From: Nitrospirota bacterium
Lineage (GTDB): Bacteria > Nitrospirota > UBA9217
Assembly (NCBI GenBank): GCA_035623825.1
Contig: DASPSR010000024.1
Coordinates: 18,555-82,554 of the forward strand
Direction of reading: 5' to 3'
Length of the DNA stretch: 64,000 nt
The position numbers and the translations under genes were made by a program. The notes beneath the pieces were generated by a model, which was given only the letters and a program-made list of their open reading frames with translations, had not been told where the DNA came from and searched no databases. Shown here one piece after another: positions 9,964 through 20,225 of the stretch. Position 1 is the stretch's first letter. Each line of letters opens with the position of its first letter.

Positions 9964-10830
9964 TCACTTGCCTTTGGAGATCTTCTGAAAGCAATCCGCT
10001 GACCGGACGTTTTCCAGGTCTGAATCCTGCTTCATCTGCTGCCAGTCGTTGTAGCCATGATCAATGGCCTTCTGGAGCCAGGAACAGGATTCCATGACGT
10101 TCTTCTTCAGAGAATAGAGGCAGGCCATGTTGTAGTATCCCCGGCTGTCTGCTGGATTGAGCTCAATCGCCTTGCTCAGATCGGCCTTGGCGTCTTCGAA
10201 CCGGCCGGCCTTCATATGGGCGGCACTGCGATTCCTGTATGGCTCATCGTTCTTCGGATTGAGCTTAATGGTCTCGCTGAAATCGGCGATGGCGAGGTCT
10301 GTCTTGCCCTGTTCCAGGTAGGTTGCACCGCGGTCATTATAGGTCTCGTCATCTTTGGGATTGAGTGCAAGAGCCTTGCTAAAATCGACAATGGCCCGGT
10401 CAAGCTTCCCTTTGCTCATATAGCAGACGCCGCGGTTCTTGAACGCTATATCGTCGCGAGGATTCAGCTCGATTGCTTTATCGAGATCGGCAATGGCCAG
10501 GTAGAACTTCCTCTGCGACATATAAGCCGCGCCCCGGTTGGCGTATGCAGAGGCATCGTTTTTGTCCTGTTCGATGGCTCGGTCCAGGTCTGCGATGGCA
10601 AGATCTGTCTTGCCTGTCGCGAGATAGGCTATACCCCGCTGCCGATAGGAAGCGGCGATGCTCTTATCGTTGAAAAAACCGCTCTCGATCTGCTTTGTGC
10701 AAATGCTAATCGCGTCCTGGTATTTCCCCTGCCTCACCGCCTCAGAGCATCGGTCCGTGTCCGCACGGCCGGAGGCCCAAGGAATGATGATAACCAGCAA
10801 TGCTACGAAAGCACAGTATCCCTTTTTCAT
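9964..10830 (-). CDS. Secreted tetratricopeptide repeat protein
   Basis: Signal peptide and about six AY.NRG..Y...G..D.AIAD..KAI.LNP repeats; C-terminal YYNMACLYS. Confidence 0.92.
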   Translation of the reverse strand: MKKGYCAFVALLVIIIPWASGRADTDRCSEAVRQGKYQDAISICTKQIESGFFNDKSIAASYRQRGIAYLATGKTDLAIADLDRAIEQDKNDASAYANRGAAYMSQRKFYLAIADLDKAIELNPRDDIAFKNRGVCYMSKGKLDRAIVDFSKALALNPKDDETYNDRGATYLEQGKTDLAIADFSETIKLNPKNDEPYRNRSAAHMKAGRFEDAKADLSKAIELNPADSRGYYNMACLYSLKKNVMESCSWLQKAIDHGYNDWQQMKQDSDLENVRSADCFQKISKGK

Positions 10831-10889
10831 ATGATCTCCTTAGCATCAGGGAATGATGTCAATGGCTGTAAATTGGACGCGCCCGCGGT

Positions 10890-11729
10890 TCATGAAGAGC
10901 GTCTCTCCAGGGCTGTCGGAACGACGAGAACAATGTCAGCCGCATCTTTGCAATCATCGTCAAACACGGGTGTGTCCTTGCTAAACGAGGATATGGTCCG
11001 GACCGTGATGTCCGGATCTTGCCGTTTTAGATACCAGCAGATGCCGCCGCAGTCCTTTGAATGATAATCACCGTTATAATGGATGAACAGGTCCTTCGGC
11101 CTGCGGTTCTTCAGGATAAAGTAGGCCATCGTGGCGTCCTTGACCGCCTGTGCGGCGACGAAGTTCTGAGCGTCCATATGCGACCCATGGGCCATGCCGA
11201 TTTCCATGGCCTGGCCATATCCCGGCGTTGAAAGGTCCACCACGATGGGAAGTGGAGCAATATATCTCTTTGCCTCATCGGCCAGGTGTTCCAGCGCCTT
11301 CATTCCATTCCGGGCGACGAGGCTGGCATATCGCCTCGGGATATTGGTCGCGATGAACCGAAGTCCGTGCTCCTTGGCGACATCGACGAGCGGGCGGTAG
11401 TCGGTATCGTAGTTCTCCCAGACCTTTGCCTCCTTTACCAGGTGCTCGTGCTCGACGAGACCGGCCAGATATTCATCCACGATCAACTGGTTGTCGGCCT
11501 CCAGCATTTCCGCGCCGAGCATCAGATCGTCCTTCTTGATCTCATAGAGGTCCCTCGTCAATTCCAGCTGCAACCAATGAACAAGGGGGTGTTCGTGAAG
11601 CTCGCCGAACAGCAGGATATCGGATTTGGCGCAGCGGTCAAGAACATCTTGGTACGCCATCTCCGTTCCTCCCCCGTCATAGAGACGATACGCCGGCTTG
11701 TCACGGAGCTTTGGCCCCTGCTGTCGCAT
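10890..11729 (-). CDS. ChaN-family (heme uptake / Tiki superfamily) protein
   Basis: FGELH, L.LGAEM.E.DNQ, DYRPLV, IATNIPR, AQAVKDATMA, NGDYHS motifs. Confidence 0.85.
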   Translation of the reverse strand: MRQQGPKLRDKPAYRLYDGGGTEMAYQDVLDRCAKSDILLFGELHEHPLVHWLQLELTRDLYEIKKDDLMLGAEMLEADNQLIVDEYLAGLVEHEHLVKEAKVWENYDTDYRPLVDVAKEHGLRFIATNIPRRYASLVARNGMKALEHLADEAKRYIAPLPIVVDLSTPGYGQAMEIGMAHGSHMDAQNFVAAQAVKDATMAYFILKNRRPKDLFIHYNGDYHSKDCGGICWYLKRQDPDITVRTISSFSKDTPVFDDDCKDAADIVLVVPTALERRSS

Positions 11730-12006
11730 TATGGCTCCTTTCGGTCACTCAGCTCTAACTTCCATCTAACCTTGCCCCAGAAACCTTTACCACCACGAGA
11801 GCCGGACCTATGGTAGCATAAAACCAAAGGGAGGGCAATCAGAGGTGCAAAAAGGGGTCAGTACCGGGCAAAATCATCGGAAAGCTCAGAGAGGCGGAGT
11901 TCTCCTGAGAAAAGGATCATCGGTAGCATATGTTTTAGAGATAAATAATAACTTTTCAAAAGGCATTCAGTGCATCTACTCACTAGACGACCTTGGTTCG
12001 ATGGTG

Positions 12007-12369
12007 TCAGAATTTTATCCCCAGCACTGCTGCCGCCTTGTTCAGTCTCTTGTCAAAGGTCCAAATATGGACGTTTGTCAACACGGCCGACGCCAGTAGA
12101 TGGATATCAATATATCCCAATCCTTTACCCATCAGCCGATGAGTCTCGATAAACAGCATCACTTCTTCGTGATCGGCAAGTTGAGCAGAGGGAAGTGAAT
12201 CAAGCAGTGACATAATTTGTGACCGGTTTTTGAGATTTCCACAAGCCAGTTCGCCGAGGATGAACGGATGGCAGACGACCTGTCCGTCATTCAACGATGA
12301 TTCAAGCCCGGTTGTCCCGCTTCTGAGGTGCTCGACCCATACCGATGTATCGACCAGCACCATTTTCAC
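12007..12369 (-). CDS. vapC: VapC PIN-domain toxin
   Basis: VLVDTSVWVEHLR, GELACG, GLGYIDIHLLAS, WTFDKRL. Confidence 0.92.
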   Translation of the reverse strand: MKMVLVDTSVWVEHLRSGTTGLESSLNDGQVVCHPFILGELACGNLKNRSQIMSLLDSLPSAQLADHEEVMLFIETHRLMGKGLGYIDIHLLASAVLTNVHIWTFDKRLNKAAAVLGIKF

Positions 12370-12563
12370 CTGACCGCCGTTCGTCGCCGAGGTATCGCCT
12401 TTAATCCTTTTTCTGACCCGCCCAGACGTGCGAGCCGCTTGGCGCTCTCAATTGCTATCAGCGACTCGAGCCCGCGTTTGACAAGCGATGTTTTTTCCTT
12501 AATCCCGGTTAACTTCGCCGCCTTATCGAGCAGTTTGTCCTCAATATTCAATGTCGTCCGCAT
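12366..12563 (-). CDS. vapB: VapB antitoxin
   Basis: MRTTLNIEDKLL...EKTSLVKRGLE; GGAGG RBS; overlaps vapC; tandem ATGTATTAAT repeat at 12600-12619 upstream. Confidence 0.9.
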   Translation of the reverse strand: MRTTLNIEDKLLDKAAKLTGIKEKTSLVKRGLESLIAIESAKRLARLGGSEKGLKAIPRRRTAVR

Positions 12564-13072
12564 GTCAGTGCCTCCCAGCCAATAGATATGCGTAATCATA
12601 TGTATTAATATGTATTAATTTGCATCAATCTTATGCCGATGTCAAGGGGTTTTAAGCGGCATGGTGCGGCCAGTCTGAGTTTGGCATATTTTTCTACATA
12701 CCGCTTAACCAATGTGTTGGCATCAATATAGAGATCATGTCACATTCATCATAATCGTCCCAATAGATTGTTCTTCAGTACCTTGTCATTATATTGACAA
12801 TTTCTTTGCCTCCCCTACCCTAAAATAATCATAAAACATCGTAATTTCAATGCGTTATTCATAGCACTAAAATTGCTAGTCATATTGAATGGCTGTTGGT
12901 CGGATATACGTGTCCCACGACCCCGAATATAGCGTTCGTTGACGATGTACCGGTTGCACTTTGTAACATGCCGGCAAAGTTGGAATTTAGCGTTGAAACT
13001 AAGGCCCGGGTGATCGTACCACGATCGATCATCCACCTTGCCGTTGTTCTTTAGTGACGAAGAGAATCGTGT

Positions 13073-16000
13073 ATGAGATTTGGAACACATCATAGCATCT
13101 TGAGACTTGCTGGAAACGCCATCATTTGCGTGGTTTTCGGGTTGATCATGGCCGAGTCGGTCTCGGCCTCGATCCTGAACGAGCCCATGACCCACTCCAC
13201 TGCGCCTGGCTGGGTGATAGGCGGGTCGGCATTCCTCACAGCAAGTAGCGGGCTCGATCCGGACGGAAACGGGTGGCTCCGGCTGACCGACCTGGGGGGC
13301 AACGAGGCTGGCTACGCCTATCTGAACACAGGGTTCGACATCACCCAGGGCGCGGTCATTCAATACGACTACGTCACCTGGGGCGGCGCGGGCGACGGTG
13401 GCTTCGGCTGCGGGACGACCGGAGCAGACGGCTACAGCGTCTTTCTCTTCGACGGCTCGCAGCCTTTCTCGGTCGGGGCATCGGGCGGATCGCTGGGCTA
13501 TGCCCAGAAGACGGTTGCTCCAGTGAATCCGGGCCTGAATTACGGCTACATCGGCGTTGGTATCGACGAGTGGGGCAACTTTTCAAACCCCACCGAGGGG
13601 CGAATCGGCGGTCCGGGAGGCCGCTGCGATGCCGTGGCTCTCCGCGGTCCTTATAATCATCCCTCCGGCGCATACTTCTACCTCGGCGGGACCGCTTCCA
13701 GCATTGCGCAGTTGTCTTTCCCTGGCCAGGCCTACCGGCCCAGCCAGACCGGGATGGAATACCGCAAGGTCGTCGTTTACCTTACGCCCCAGTCAGCCCC
13801 GAACTATCTCAGGGTCGATGTATATCTCCAAGTCGGTTACAATCAGCCCCTCACACAGGTCCTGAACGGCCTCATGGTCGGCCGACCGGTGCCCGCAACG
13901 GTCATGATCGGCTACGCGGCGAGCACCGGCGGATCGAACAACTACCACGAAATCAGAAACCTCATCGTCGACCCGCTTCCGTCGTCAGACATCGACCTAT
14001 CGATCTCAAAGATCGCATCATCGCCCACTGTCACCCAGAGCGGCCCGATCACTTATACAGTGACCGCACGCAACAACGGCCCGAGCAACATCACGGCGAA
14101 CAATGTGCCTATCACCGACACCGTCCCCTCTTTGATTACCGGTGTCACCTGGACATGCGCCGCCGCAGGGGGGGCAACATGCGGAGCCGGATCGGGAAGC
14201 GGCAACGCCATCAATACCACCGCCACGCTGCCCCTGAACGGCTCTGCGGTCTATACCATCACCGGGACCGTCAGCGCCTCCGCCCCGCTCGGCACCCAAA
14301 TTACCAACACGGCGGCGCTCACGGTCCCCGGGGGCATCAACGACTACAACTCCTCCAACAACAGCTCGTCCGTGACCGTTTCGGTTACCGCAGCGCCGAT
14401 CAGCATCTCCGGTATTGTCTTCAATGACAACGGCGCGGGCGGCGGGACCGCCCACAACGGCGTGCAGGACGGGACCGAGGGAACAACGAATCAGACGGGG
14501 ATGTATGCAAAGCTGTTCCGGTCAAGCGATCTGTCAACGGCACTTCAGACGTACGCGATCGCAGCGGCGGGTACATACACCTTCACGAACGTGCCGTCCT
14601 ACGACAACTACACGGTCATCATCAGCAACGTGAACGATACGAATTTCAATCCCGGCCCCCCGAACGCCAACTGGGTCTATACCGCTCCCGCCAACTACAC
14701 GCTGACCATGTCCGCCGGCGGCAGCAACCTGACCAACCAGAACTTCGGTCTCTGGAACGGCTCGCGAGTTTCCGGCAAGGTCATCAATGACAACGGCCTG
14801 AACGGCCCGATCTCCAACGCAAACGACGGCGTGCTGAACGCCGCGGAAACCGGGATCGCAGGCGTGACCGTGCGGCTGACGAACAACACCGGAGGCACAA
14901 CCTACGACACGACGACTACTGACAGCGGAGGGAATTTCGCGCTCTATACGAATACAGCGAGCGCTACGCTCAGGATCTACGAAACCAACCTGGCGGGATA
15001 CATTTCCGTGAACTACAACGCCGGCACTACAGGCGGAACCTATACCATCGGCAGCGACTACATCCAGTTTGCGTACACTCTCTACACCGATTACACCGGT
15101 GTCATCTTCAGCGACGTCCTGGACAACACCTTTTTGCTTGCTACGGGAGCCAAAAACGGGTCGGCCACGGCCCCGGTCTATTATGCCCACACTCTCACAC
15201 CCAACACCGGCGGCAGCGTCTCCTTTTCGGTCAGCAGCAGGACCCAGGGCTCCTGGCCCGCGGTGGCATTCTACCAGGACACGAACTGCAACGGCGTTTA
15301 CGATTCCGGCATCGACACACTGATCTCAGGGGCGATCACCGTTTACGCCGGAACGCCGCTCTGCATCCTGGTCCAAGAGAACATACCATCGAGCGCGACG
15401 AACGGGACTGTGGACGCGATCGCGACGCAGGCGACCTTCACCTATACCAACTCCGTGGGGCCTGTTGTCAGGACCTACAATGTGACGGACACGACCACAG
15501 TTGTGGCCTCCAATCTCTCGACGTCCACCAAGACCTGGACCGATCCCAACGGCGGCGACCAGAATCCCGGCGACCTGATCCCGTACACAATTACGCTCAT
15601 CGAAACGGCAGGGGTCGCTGCCTCGGGCGTTACAGTGACGGACACCTTCCCGGCGGCGTTGACGAGTTTATCGGTCACGAGCTGCCCCGCGGGGGCGACC
15701 TGCAGCTTCGCAGGACAGACGCTCACCGCTACCAATGTCTCGGTCCCTGCGAGCGGGTCTGCCTCTATCGTCGTGTCCACCACAATAGCGGGCGGGACCA
15801 CGGCCGGCACGACGATCAACAACACGGCCACGATCACGAACCCGGCGGGCCCGGGCGCGACGCCCGTAGCCCCGACGATCACGGTGTCCCAGTCGCAGGT
15901 TCCCGCCAGCGGCAACAAGCCGCTTTATCTGTACGACAACACGTCCACCCCTCCTTACAAGCTTTCCCGGACAGCGCCGACAGCCGGTGCGGAGGTCACG

Positions 16001-17173
16001 ATCAACGCCACATCATCGCAAACCTGGTCCCAAAACCCGGCTGCCGCGGGAGCCATCACGATCAACCCATCGGTAAGTGCCACGGTGCCGGTCTATCTAT
16101 ACGTAAGAGCGGGCACCACGAACGGCAACAGAAGCGTCACGGTCAGCCTCCAGTGTTCGTCGGGAGGCACGACGCTCACCCAGACGCAAACGCTTGCATT
16201 GAACAACACCATAACGCTTTACACCTACGGCCTGCCGCTCGGAGCTGCTTTGACCTGCGGAGCGGCCAACCGTTGGAACCTTACGGTCACGAACAACAGC
16301 GCGGCGGACTCGATCCGCGTCTCCCCGTACACCGGCGGCAACGTTTCCCGGGCCGTCCTTCCCTCAACCACGGTCATTAGCGTCAGCAGCGTCACCGCCT
16401 ACAGCACAGCCTATCCCGGCACGACGCAACCCCTTGCGTTTACCTCAGGCAACATATACCTGCGTGCCGTGGTTAGCGACCCCTTCGGAAGCTACGATAT
16501 CAACGCCAGCAACAATGCCACGACCCAGCCCAAGGTCACGATCAAGAACCCGAGCGGCACAGCCGTCGTGAGCGCCCAGCCCATGCCCCAGGCCGCGGAC
16601 TCCGGCGCGGCGACCAAGACCTTCGAGTACGTCTATACGCCTGCGTCGTCGGTGCCCTCGGGGTACTGGACGGTGTCCGTCACGGCTCCCGAAGGGACGG
16701 AAGGAACTATTTCGGACACGGGGGTCGGCACGTTCTACATCGCACCGAGCCTGACGGCCGTCAAGACGGTACAGGCCGTTTCCGATCCTGTGAACGGCGG
16801 GACCACCCCCAAACCAATCCCTGGTGCTGCCATGCAATACACCCTTGTGGTCACGAACAGCAGCTTCGGGTTGGCGGACAACAATTCGATGGTGGTGACG
16901 GACGCAATCCCGACCAACACGAGCATGTGCGTTTCGAACACCTGCTCCAACCCGCCCGTTGCCTTTTCCTGCGCATCCTGCGGACTGAGCTACGTCTACG
17001 GAAGCAACGTCACCTATTCCAACCAAGCGGGCGGCGGGGCGCCGTACAACTACACGCCGACGCCGGATGCTAACGGCTTTGACGCGAACGTCACGGGCGT
17101 CCGCGTGAACCCCACAGGAGCGATGGCGGGCAACACGTCATTCAACATGATTTTCCAGGTGAAGGTGCAATGA
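13073..17173 (+). CDS. Large secreted adhesin: L-type lectin-like N-domain, DUF11 and SdrD-B-like Ig domains, C-terminal incomplete DUF11
   Basis: Signal peptide; GWLRLTD..GADG..GIDEWGNFS..GYAASTGG..N.HEI lectin pattern; DLSISK..ITYTVT..N.GP..ITDTVP..GTQITNTA DUF11 repeat; ends FQVKVQ. Confidence 0.85.
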   Translation: MRFGTHHSILRLAGNAIICVVFGLIMAESVSASILNEPMTHSTAPGWVIGGSAFLTASSGLDPDGNGWLRLTDLGGNEAGYAYLNTGFDITQGAVIQYDYVTWGGAGDGGFGCGTTGADGYSVFLFDGSQPFSVGASGGSLGYAQKTVAPVNPGLNYGYIGVGIDEWGNFSNPTEGRIGGPGGRCDAVALRGPYNHPSGAYFYLGGTASSIAQLSFPGQAYRPSQTGMEYRKVVVYLTPQSAPNYLRVDVYLQVGYNQPLTQVLNGLMVGRPVPATVMIGYAASTGGSNNYHEIRNLIVDPLPSSDIDLSISKIASSPTVTQSGPITYTVTARNNGPSNITANNVPITDTVPSLITGVTWTCAAAGGATCGAGSGSGNAINTTATLPLNGSAVYTITGTVSASAPLGTQITNTAALTVPGGINDYNSSNNSSSVTVSVTAAPISISGIVFNDNGAGGGTAHNGVQDGTEGTTNQTGMYAKLFRSSDLSTALQTYAIAAAGTYTFTNVPSYDNYTVIISNVNDTNFNPGPPNANWVYTAPANYTLTMSAGGSNLTNQNFGLWNGSRVSGKVINDNGLNGPISNANDGVLNAAETGIAGVTVRLTNNTGGTTYDTTTTDSGGNFALYTNTASATLRIYETNLAGYISVNYNAGTTGGTYTIGSDYIQFAYTLYTDYTGVIFSDVLDNTFLLATGAKNGSATAPVYYAHTLTPNTGGSVSFSVSSRTQGSWPAVAFYQDTNCNGVYDSGIDTLISGAITVYAGTPLCILVQENIPSSATNGTVDAIATQATFTYTNSVGPVVRTYNVTDTTTVVASNLSTSTKTWTDPNGGDQNPGDLIPYTITLIETAGVAASGVTVTDTFPAALTSLSVTSCPAGATCSFAGQTLTATNVSVPASGSASIVVSTTIAGGTTAGTTINNTATITNPAGPGATPVAPTITVSQSQVPASGNKPLYLYDNTSTPPYKLSRTAPTAGAEVTINATSSQTWSQNPAAAGAITINPSVSATVPVYLYVRAGTTNGNRSVTVSLQCSSGGTTLTQTQTLALNNTITLYTYGLPLGAALTCGAANRWNLTVTNNSAADSIRVSPYTGGNVSRAVLPSTTVISVSSVTAYSTAYPGTTQPLAFTSGNIYLRAVVSDPFGSYDINASNNATTQPKVTIKNPSGTAVVSAQPMPQAADSGAATKTFEYVYTPASSVPSGYWTVSVTAPEGTEGTISDTGVGTFYIAPSLTAVKTVQAVSDPVNGGTTPKPIPGAAMQYTLVVTNSSFGLADNNSMVVTDAIPTNTSMCVSNTCSNPPVAFSCASCGLSYVYGSNVTYSNQAGGGAPYNYTPTPDANGFDANVTGVRVNPTGAMAGNTSFNMIFQVKVQ

Positions 17174-18294
17174 AAGAGTCGACATTCATACACAAACGTC
17201 ATGGACGAAGGTCCGGCCGCGTTCGGGGCAAGATGCTGCTCCTTGCAGCGCTGTATATGATCTCCTGTTTCGTCGCGGGGCATGCCTTTGCCCTTGGCAC
17301 TCCTGCCGGCACCGTGATCGGCAATACGGCCACTGTCATCTATACCATGAGCGGGAACAATTACACCACTTCCAGCAATACGAACGCCATCAGGGTGGAC
17401 GACAAGGTCAACTTCACCCTGACCGCCTCGAACGTCTCCGACGTGGCGATTGCACCCGGAGGCAGGGCGTCCATGGCGTACATCCTGACCAACACTGGCA
17501 ACGGGCCACACGACTTCACGCTCAAACCGGCGGTAACGGGAGTACCGACGCTCGTGCCGGCGGCGGGCCCAGCATTCTATGCTGACACTGCCGGCACGGC
17601 GGCCCTGCCGACCGACCCGAACGCCAACGGACTCCCCTACATAAGCGCCCTGGCACCCGATGCATCCCGGACCGTGTACCTCTATATCACAGCGCCTGCC
17701 CAGCCCGTGGACGGACAGGCCATCGACTACCTCGTGACCGCGGAGGCGTACCAGCCCGCCAATCTGGGCGTGGTGAACCCGCCGGTGAAATCATCCACGG
17801 CGGCAGCCGCCGGAGCGTCCGCGAACAAGAACGCGAACCTCATGACCCAGTACGTTGTGCTGGGAGACGGGCACGGCAATGGCGGAGACGCGGACCGGGA
17901 CGGTCTCTATGCCGTGCTGGCGAAGGACGGAAGCGGCAACACGGTCGGGTTCAAGGCTCAGGCCGCGACGGTAACCGTGGCCAAGACGGCCGTGGTGACG
18001 GACCAGTATGGCGGCTCCCAACCTATGACCGGCGCAACGATCCGCTACACCCTCTCGGTGACAGCCTCGGGCTCGGGAACCGCGATGAATGTCGTGGTCA
18101 CGGACGCCGTGCCGGCGAACACAACCTATGTTCCGGGCACGCTCAAGCTGAACGGCACGGCCCTTTCCGACGCGCTCGACAGTGACGCCGGCGACGTTGG
18201 AGGGACCACCCCGGGGTCCGTAACGGTAACGCTCGGGAATCTGACGAGTACGTCGCCGGTCCAGACCATAACGTTTGCCGTCAGGATAAATTGA
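17170..18294 (+). CDS. Secreted DUF11 protein (putative minor fibre subunit)
   Basis: Signal AFA|LGTPAGTVIGNTATVIY; C-terminal VAKTA..IRYTLSV..VVTDAVP..ITFAVRIN; ATGA overlap with the upstream gene. Confidence 0.85.
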   Translation: MKESTFIHKRHGRRSGRVRGKMLLLAALYMISCFVAGHAFALGTPAGTVIGNTATVIYTMSGNNYTTSSNTNAIRVDDKVNFTLTASNVSDVAIAPGGRASMAYILTNTGNGPHDFTLKPAVTGVPTLVPAAGPAFYADTAGTAALPTDPNANGLPYISALAPDASRTVYLYITAPAQPVDGQAIDYLVTAEAYQPANLGVVNPPVKSSTAAAAGASANKNANLMTQYVVLGDGHGNGGDADRDGLYAVLAKDGSGNTVGFKAQAATVTVAKTAVVTDQYGGSQPMTGATIRYTLSVTASGSGTAMNVVVTDAVPANTTYVPGTLKLNGTALSDALDSDAGDVGGTTPGSVTVTLGNLTSTSPVQTITFAVRIN

Positions 18295-18384
18295 TCAGAA
18301 TCCAAGGAAAGGAGGCCATGTGTTACCGGAAGATGATGCAAGGTTTTCGAAACAAACAATCAATCTACTAATTCAAAAGGAGGA

Positions 18385-18882
18385 ATGGTTATGACAAACA
18401 GAATGTTCGGCATCATGCTCGCTCTCCTGCTGCTGACGACGGCGGCCTGGGCGCAGCAAAAGGGAGCCATCGAGCTCGTAACAAAAGCGGAAGTTGATGT
18501 GACGGAAACGAACGAGCAGGGAAAACAGGTGACGAAAAGAGTTGATGCTTCAAAGGCAAACGTCGTGCCCGGCGACACGGTCATCTACACGATCTATTAC
18601 ACGAATAACGGCGACAAGCCGGCGACCAATGTCGTCATCCAGGACAAGGTGCCCGAGCACATGGTCTACGTAGAGGGAAGCGCAACGGGGAAAGACGCGC
18701 AGGTCGAATTCTCCACGGACCACGGAAAGAACTACGGGGCATCGGACGCGCTCACGATCACCGATCTCCAGGGAAACAGACGAAAGGCAGCGGCCGCTGA
18801 TTACACTGACATCCGGTGGATCGTGGCCAAGCTGGCTGCCGGGGCCAAAGGGAGCGTTACGTTCAATGCACGGGTGAAATGA
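18385..18882 (+). CDS. Small secreted single-DUF11 protein
   Basis: Signal AWA|QQK; VPGDTVIYTIYYTNNGDKPATNVVIQDKVP; ends VTFNARVK; AGGAGG RBS. Confidence 0.85.
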   Translation: MVMTNRMFGIMLALLLLTTAAWAQQKGAIELVTKAEVDVTETNEQGKQVTKRVDASKANVVPGDTVIYTIYYTNNGDKPATNVVIQDKVPEHMVYVEGSATGKDAQVEFSTDHGKNYGASDALTITDLQGNRRKAAAADYTDIRWIVAKLAAGAKGSVTFNARVK

Positions 18883-19030
18883 GGAATTATGAAAAACAAA
18901 GAAAAATTCAAATCTACCAGAAAGGGGCGGTTTTGTGAAAAACACATGCGCGATGAAGGAAAAGAGAAAGGAAGCAACGAGTCTTCAACATGCTGCAACC
19001 AACGGTTCAATATCTTTGCAAGGAGGAACT

Positions 19031-20203
19031 ATGAATATGTGTAAGGTTTACACACTCATTTCGGTGCTCCTGATCGGGGCGCTCGCAGCGGCTCTGCCGC
19101 AAGGGGCCCTGGCGGCCGGGACACTCGCCTGTACCCAGATCAACAACAGGGCGTTCGTTAATTACCAGGTGGGAGGCATCCCGCAGACCCAGGTCGGATC
19201 CACCGACGGCTCGGGCAACAATAACACCTCGTTCTATGTGGGCGTCAAGGTGAACGTTACTGTGGCAACGACGGACGCGGCCAACGTGACCGTGAATCCA
19301 GGCGCGACCGGCACACAGACCCACTTCACGGTCACGAACAACGGCAATGCGCCCCAGAAGTACGTCCTTACCTATGTGGCTGAGCCGAACGGAACGAGCA
19401 GCCCCTTCTCAGGAACGGACAACACCGATCTCAACAACATAGTCATTTCGAGCGCCACGATCACCAGCCTGGCCCCGAACGCAAGCCAGCCGATAACCAT
19501 CGCGGCGGATACTCCGCTTACCGCCACGAACGGACAGATCGCCGTGTACGCCCTGAAGGCCCAGACCCAGTGGGTCGGATCAAGCACCAGTGTGACCACC
19601 AAGGACAGCCAGGTCACCGCAGCAACGGTCAATGACAGCGGCCTCTGCACGGCGCTGGGCGCCGGCGTGAACATCGACGTCGTCGCCGGAGACGTGGCGG
19701 GCACCGACGATAACGCGAACGACGGAGCGCATTCGGCACGGAGTGCGTACGCGGTCTCCGCTTCGACCCTCACCGTCACGAAGACCTCGGCCGTGTATTG
19801 GGACCCGGTAAACCTTACTGTCACCCCTAAGGCCATCCCGGGCGCGGTCGTGACCTATACGATGACCATCGCGAATGCTGCAGGTTCCGCCAATGCTACC
19901 AGCGTGGTATTGAGCGACGACCTGACTGCGCAAATAGCGAATCTGACCTTTGGAAACGGCCAGAGCGGCGCGCCGAACACATCATTCAATGACGGTGTGA
20001 CCAACTGCACCGGAAGCGGCGCGGGATACGGCATTGTGGTCGCAGGCGCCTGCAAGACGAACGTGTACAACGCCAATGATGACGGGGCTTCCTGGAGCGA
20101 TGCCGCTGATCCGAATGGAGGTGCAAACAAGATCGCCGTCAGCGGCCTGACGGTGAACGGAGGTGCAAACGTCGTTATCAAATATCAGGTGACCATCAAG
20201 TAG
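19031..20203 (+). CDS. Secreted DUF11 protein (putative major fibre subunit)
   Basis: AGGAGG RBS before ATG 19031; signal ALA|AGTLACTQINNRAFVNY; C-terminal LTVTKTS..PKAIPGAVVTYTMTIAN..VLSDDL..IKYQVTIK. Confidence 0.85.
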   Translation: MNMCKVYTLISVLLIGALAAALPQGALAAGTLACTQINNRAFVNYQVGGIPQTQVGSTDGSGNNNTSFYVGVKVNVTVATTDAANVTVNPGATGTQTHFTVTNNGNAPQKYVLTYVAEPNGTSSPFSGTDNTDLNNIVISSATITSLAPNASQPITIAADTPLTATNGQIAVYALKAQTQWVGSSTSVTTKDSQVTAATVNDSGLCTALGAGVNIDVVAGDVAGTDDNANDGAHSARSAYAVSASTLTVTKTSAVYWDPVNLTVTPKAIPGAVVTYTMTIANAAGSANATSVVLSDDLTAQIANLTFGNGQSGAPNTSFNDGVTNCTGSGAGYGIVVAGACKTNVYNANDDGASWSDAADPNGGANKIAVSGLTVNGGANVVIKYQVTIK

Positions 20204-20225
20204 CGGTAGCGAAAGAAGGATTGCG

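Noticed and set aside
10057-11064. 335-aa plus-strand ORF
   Set aside because: Antisense shadow of the TPR gene; its periodicity mirrors the TPR repeats.
12815-13363. 182-aa minus-strand ORF
   Set aside because: Overlaps the start of the adhesin antisense and its promoter region; no motifs.
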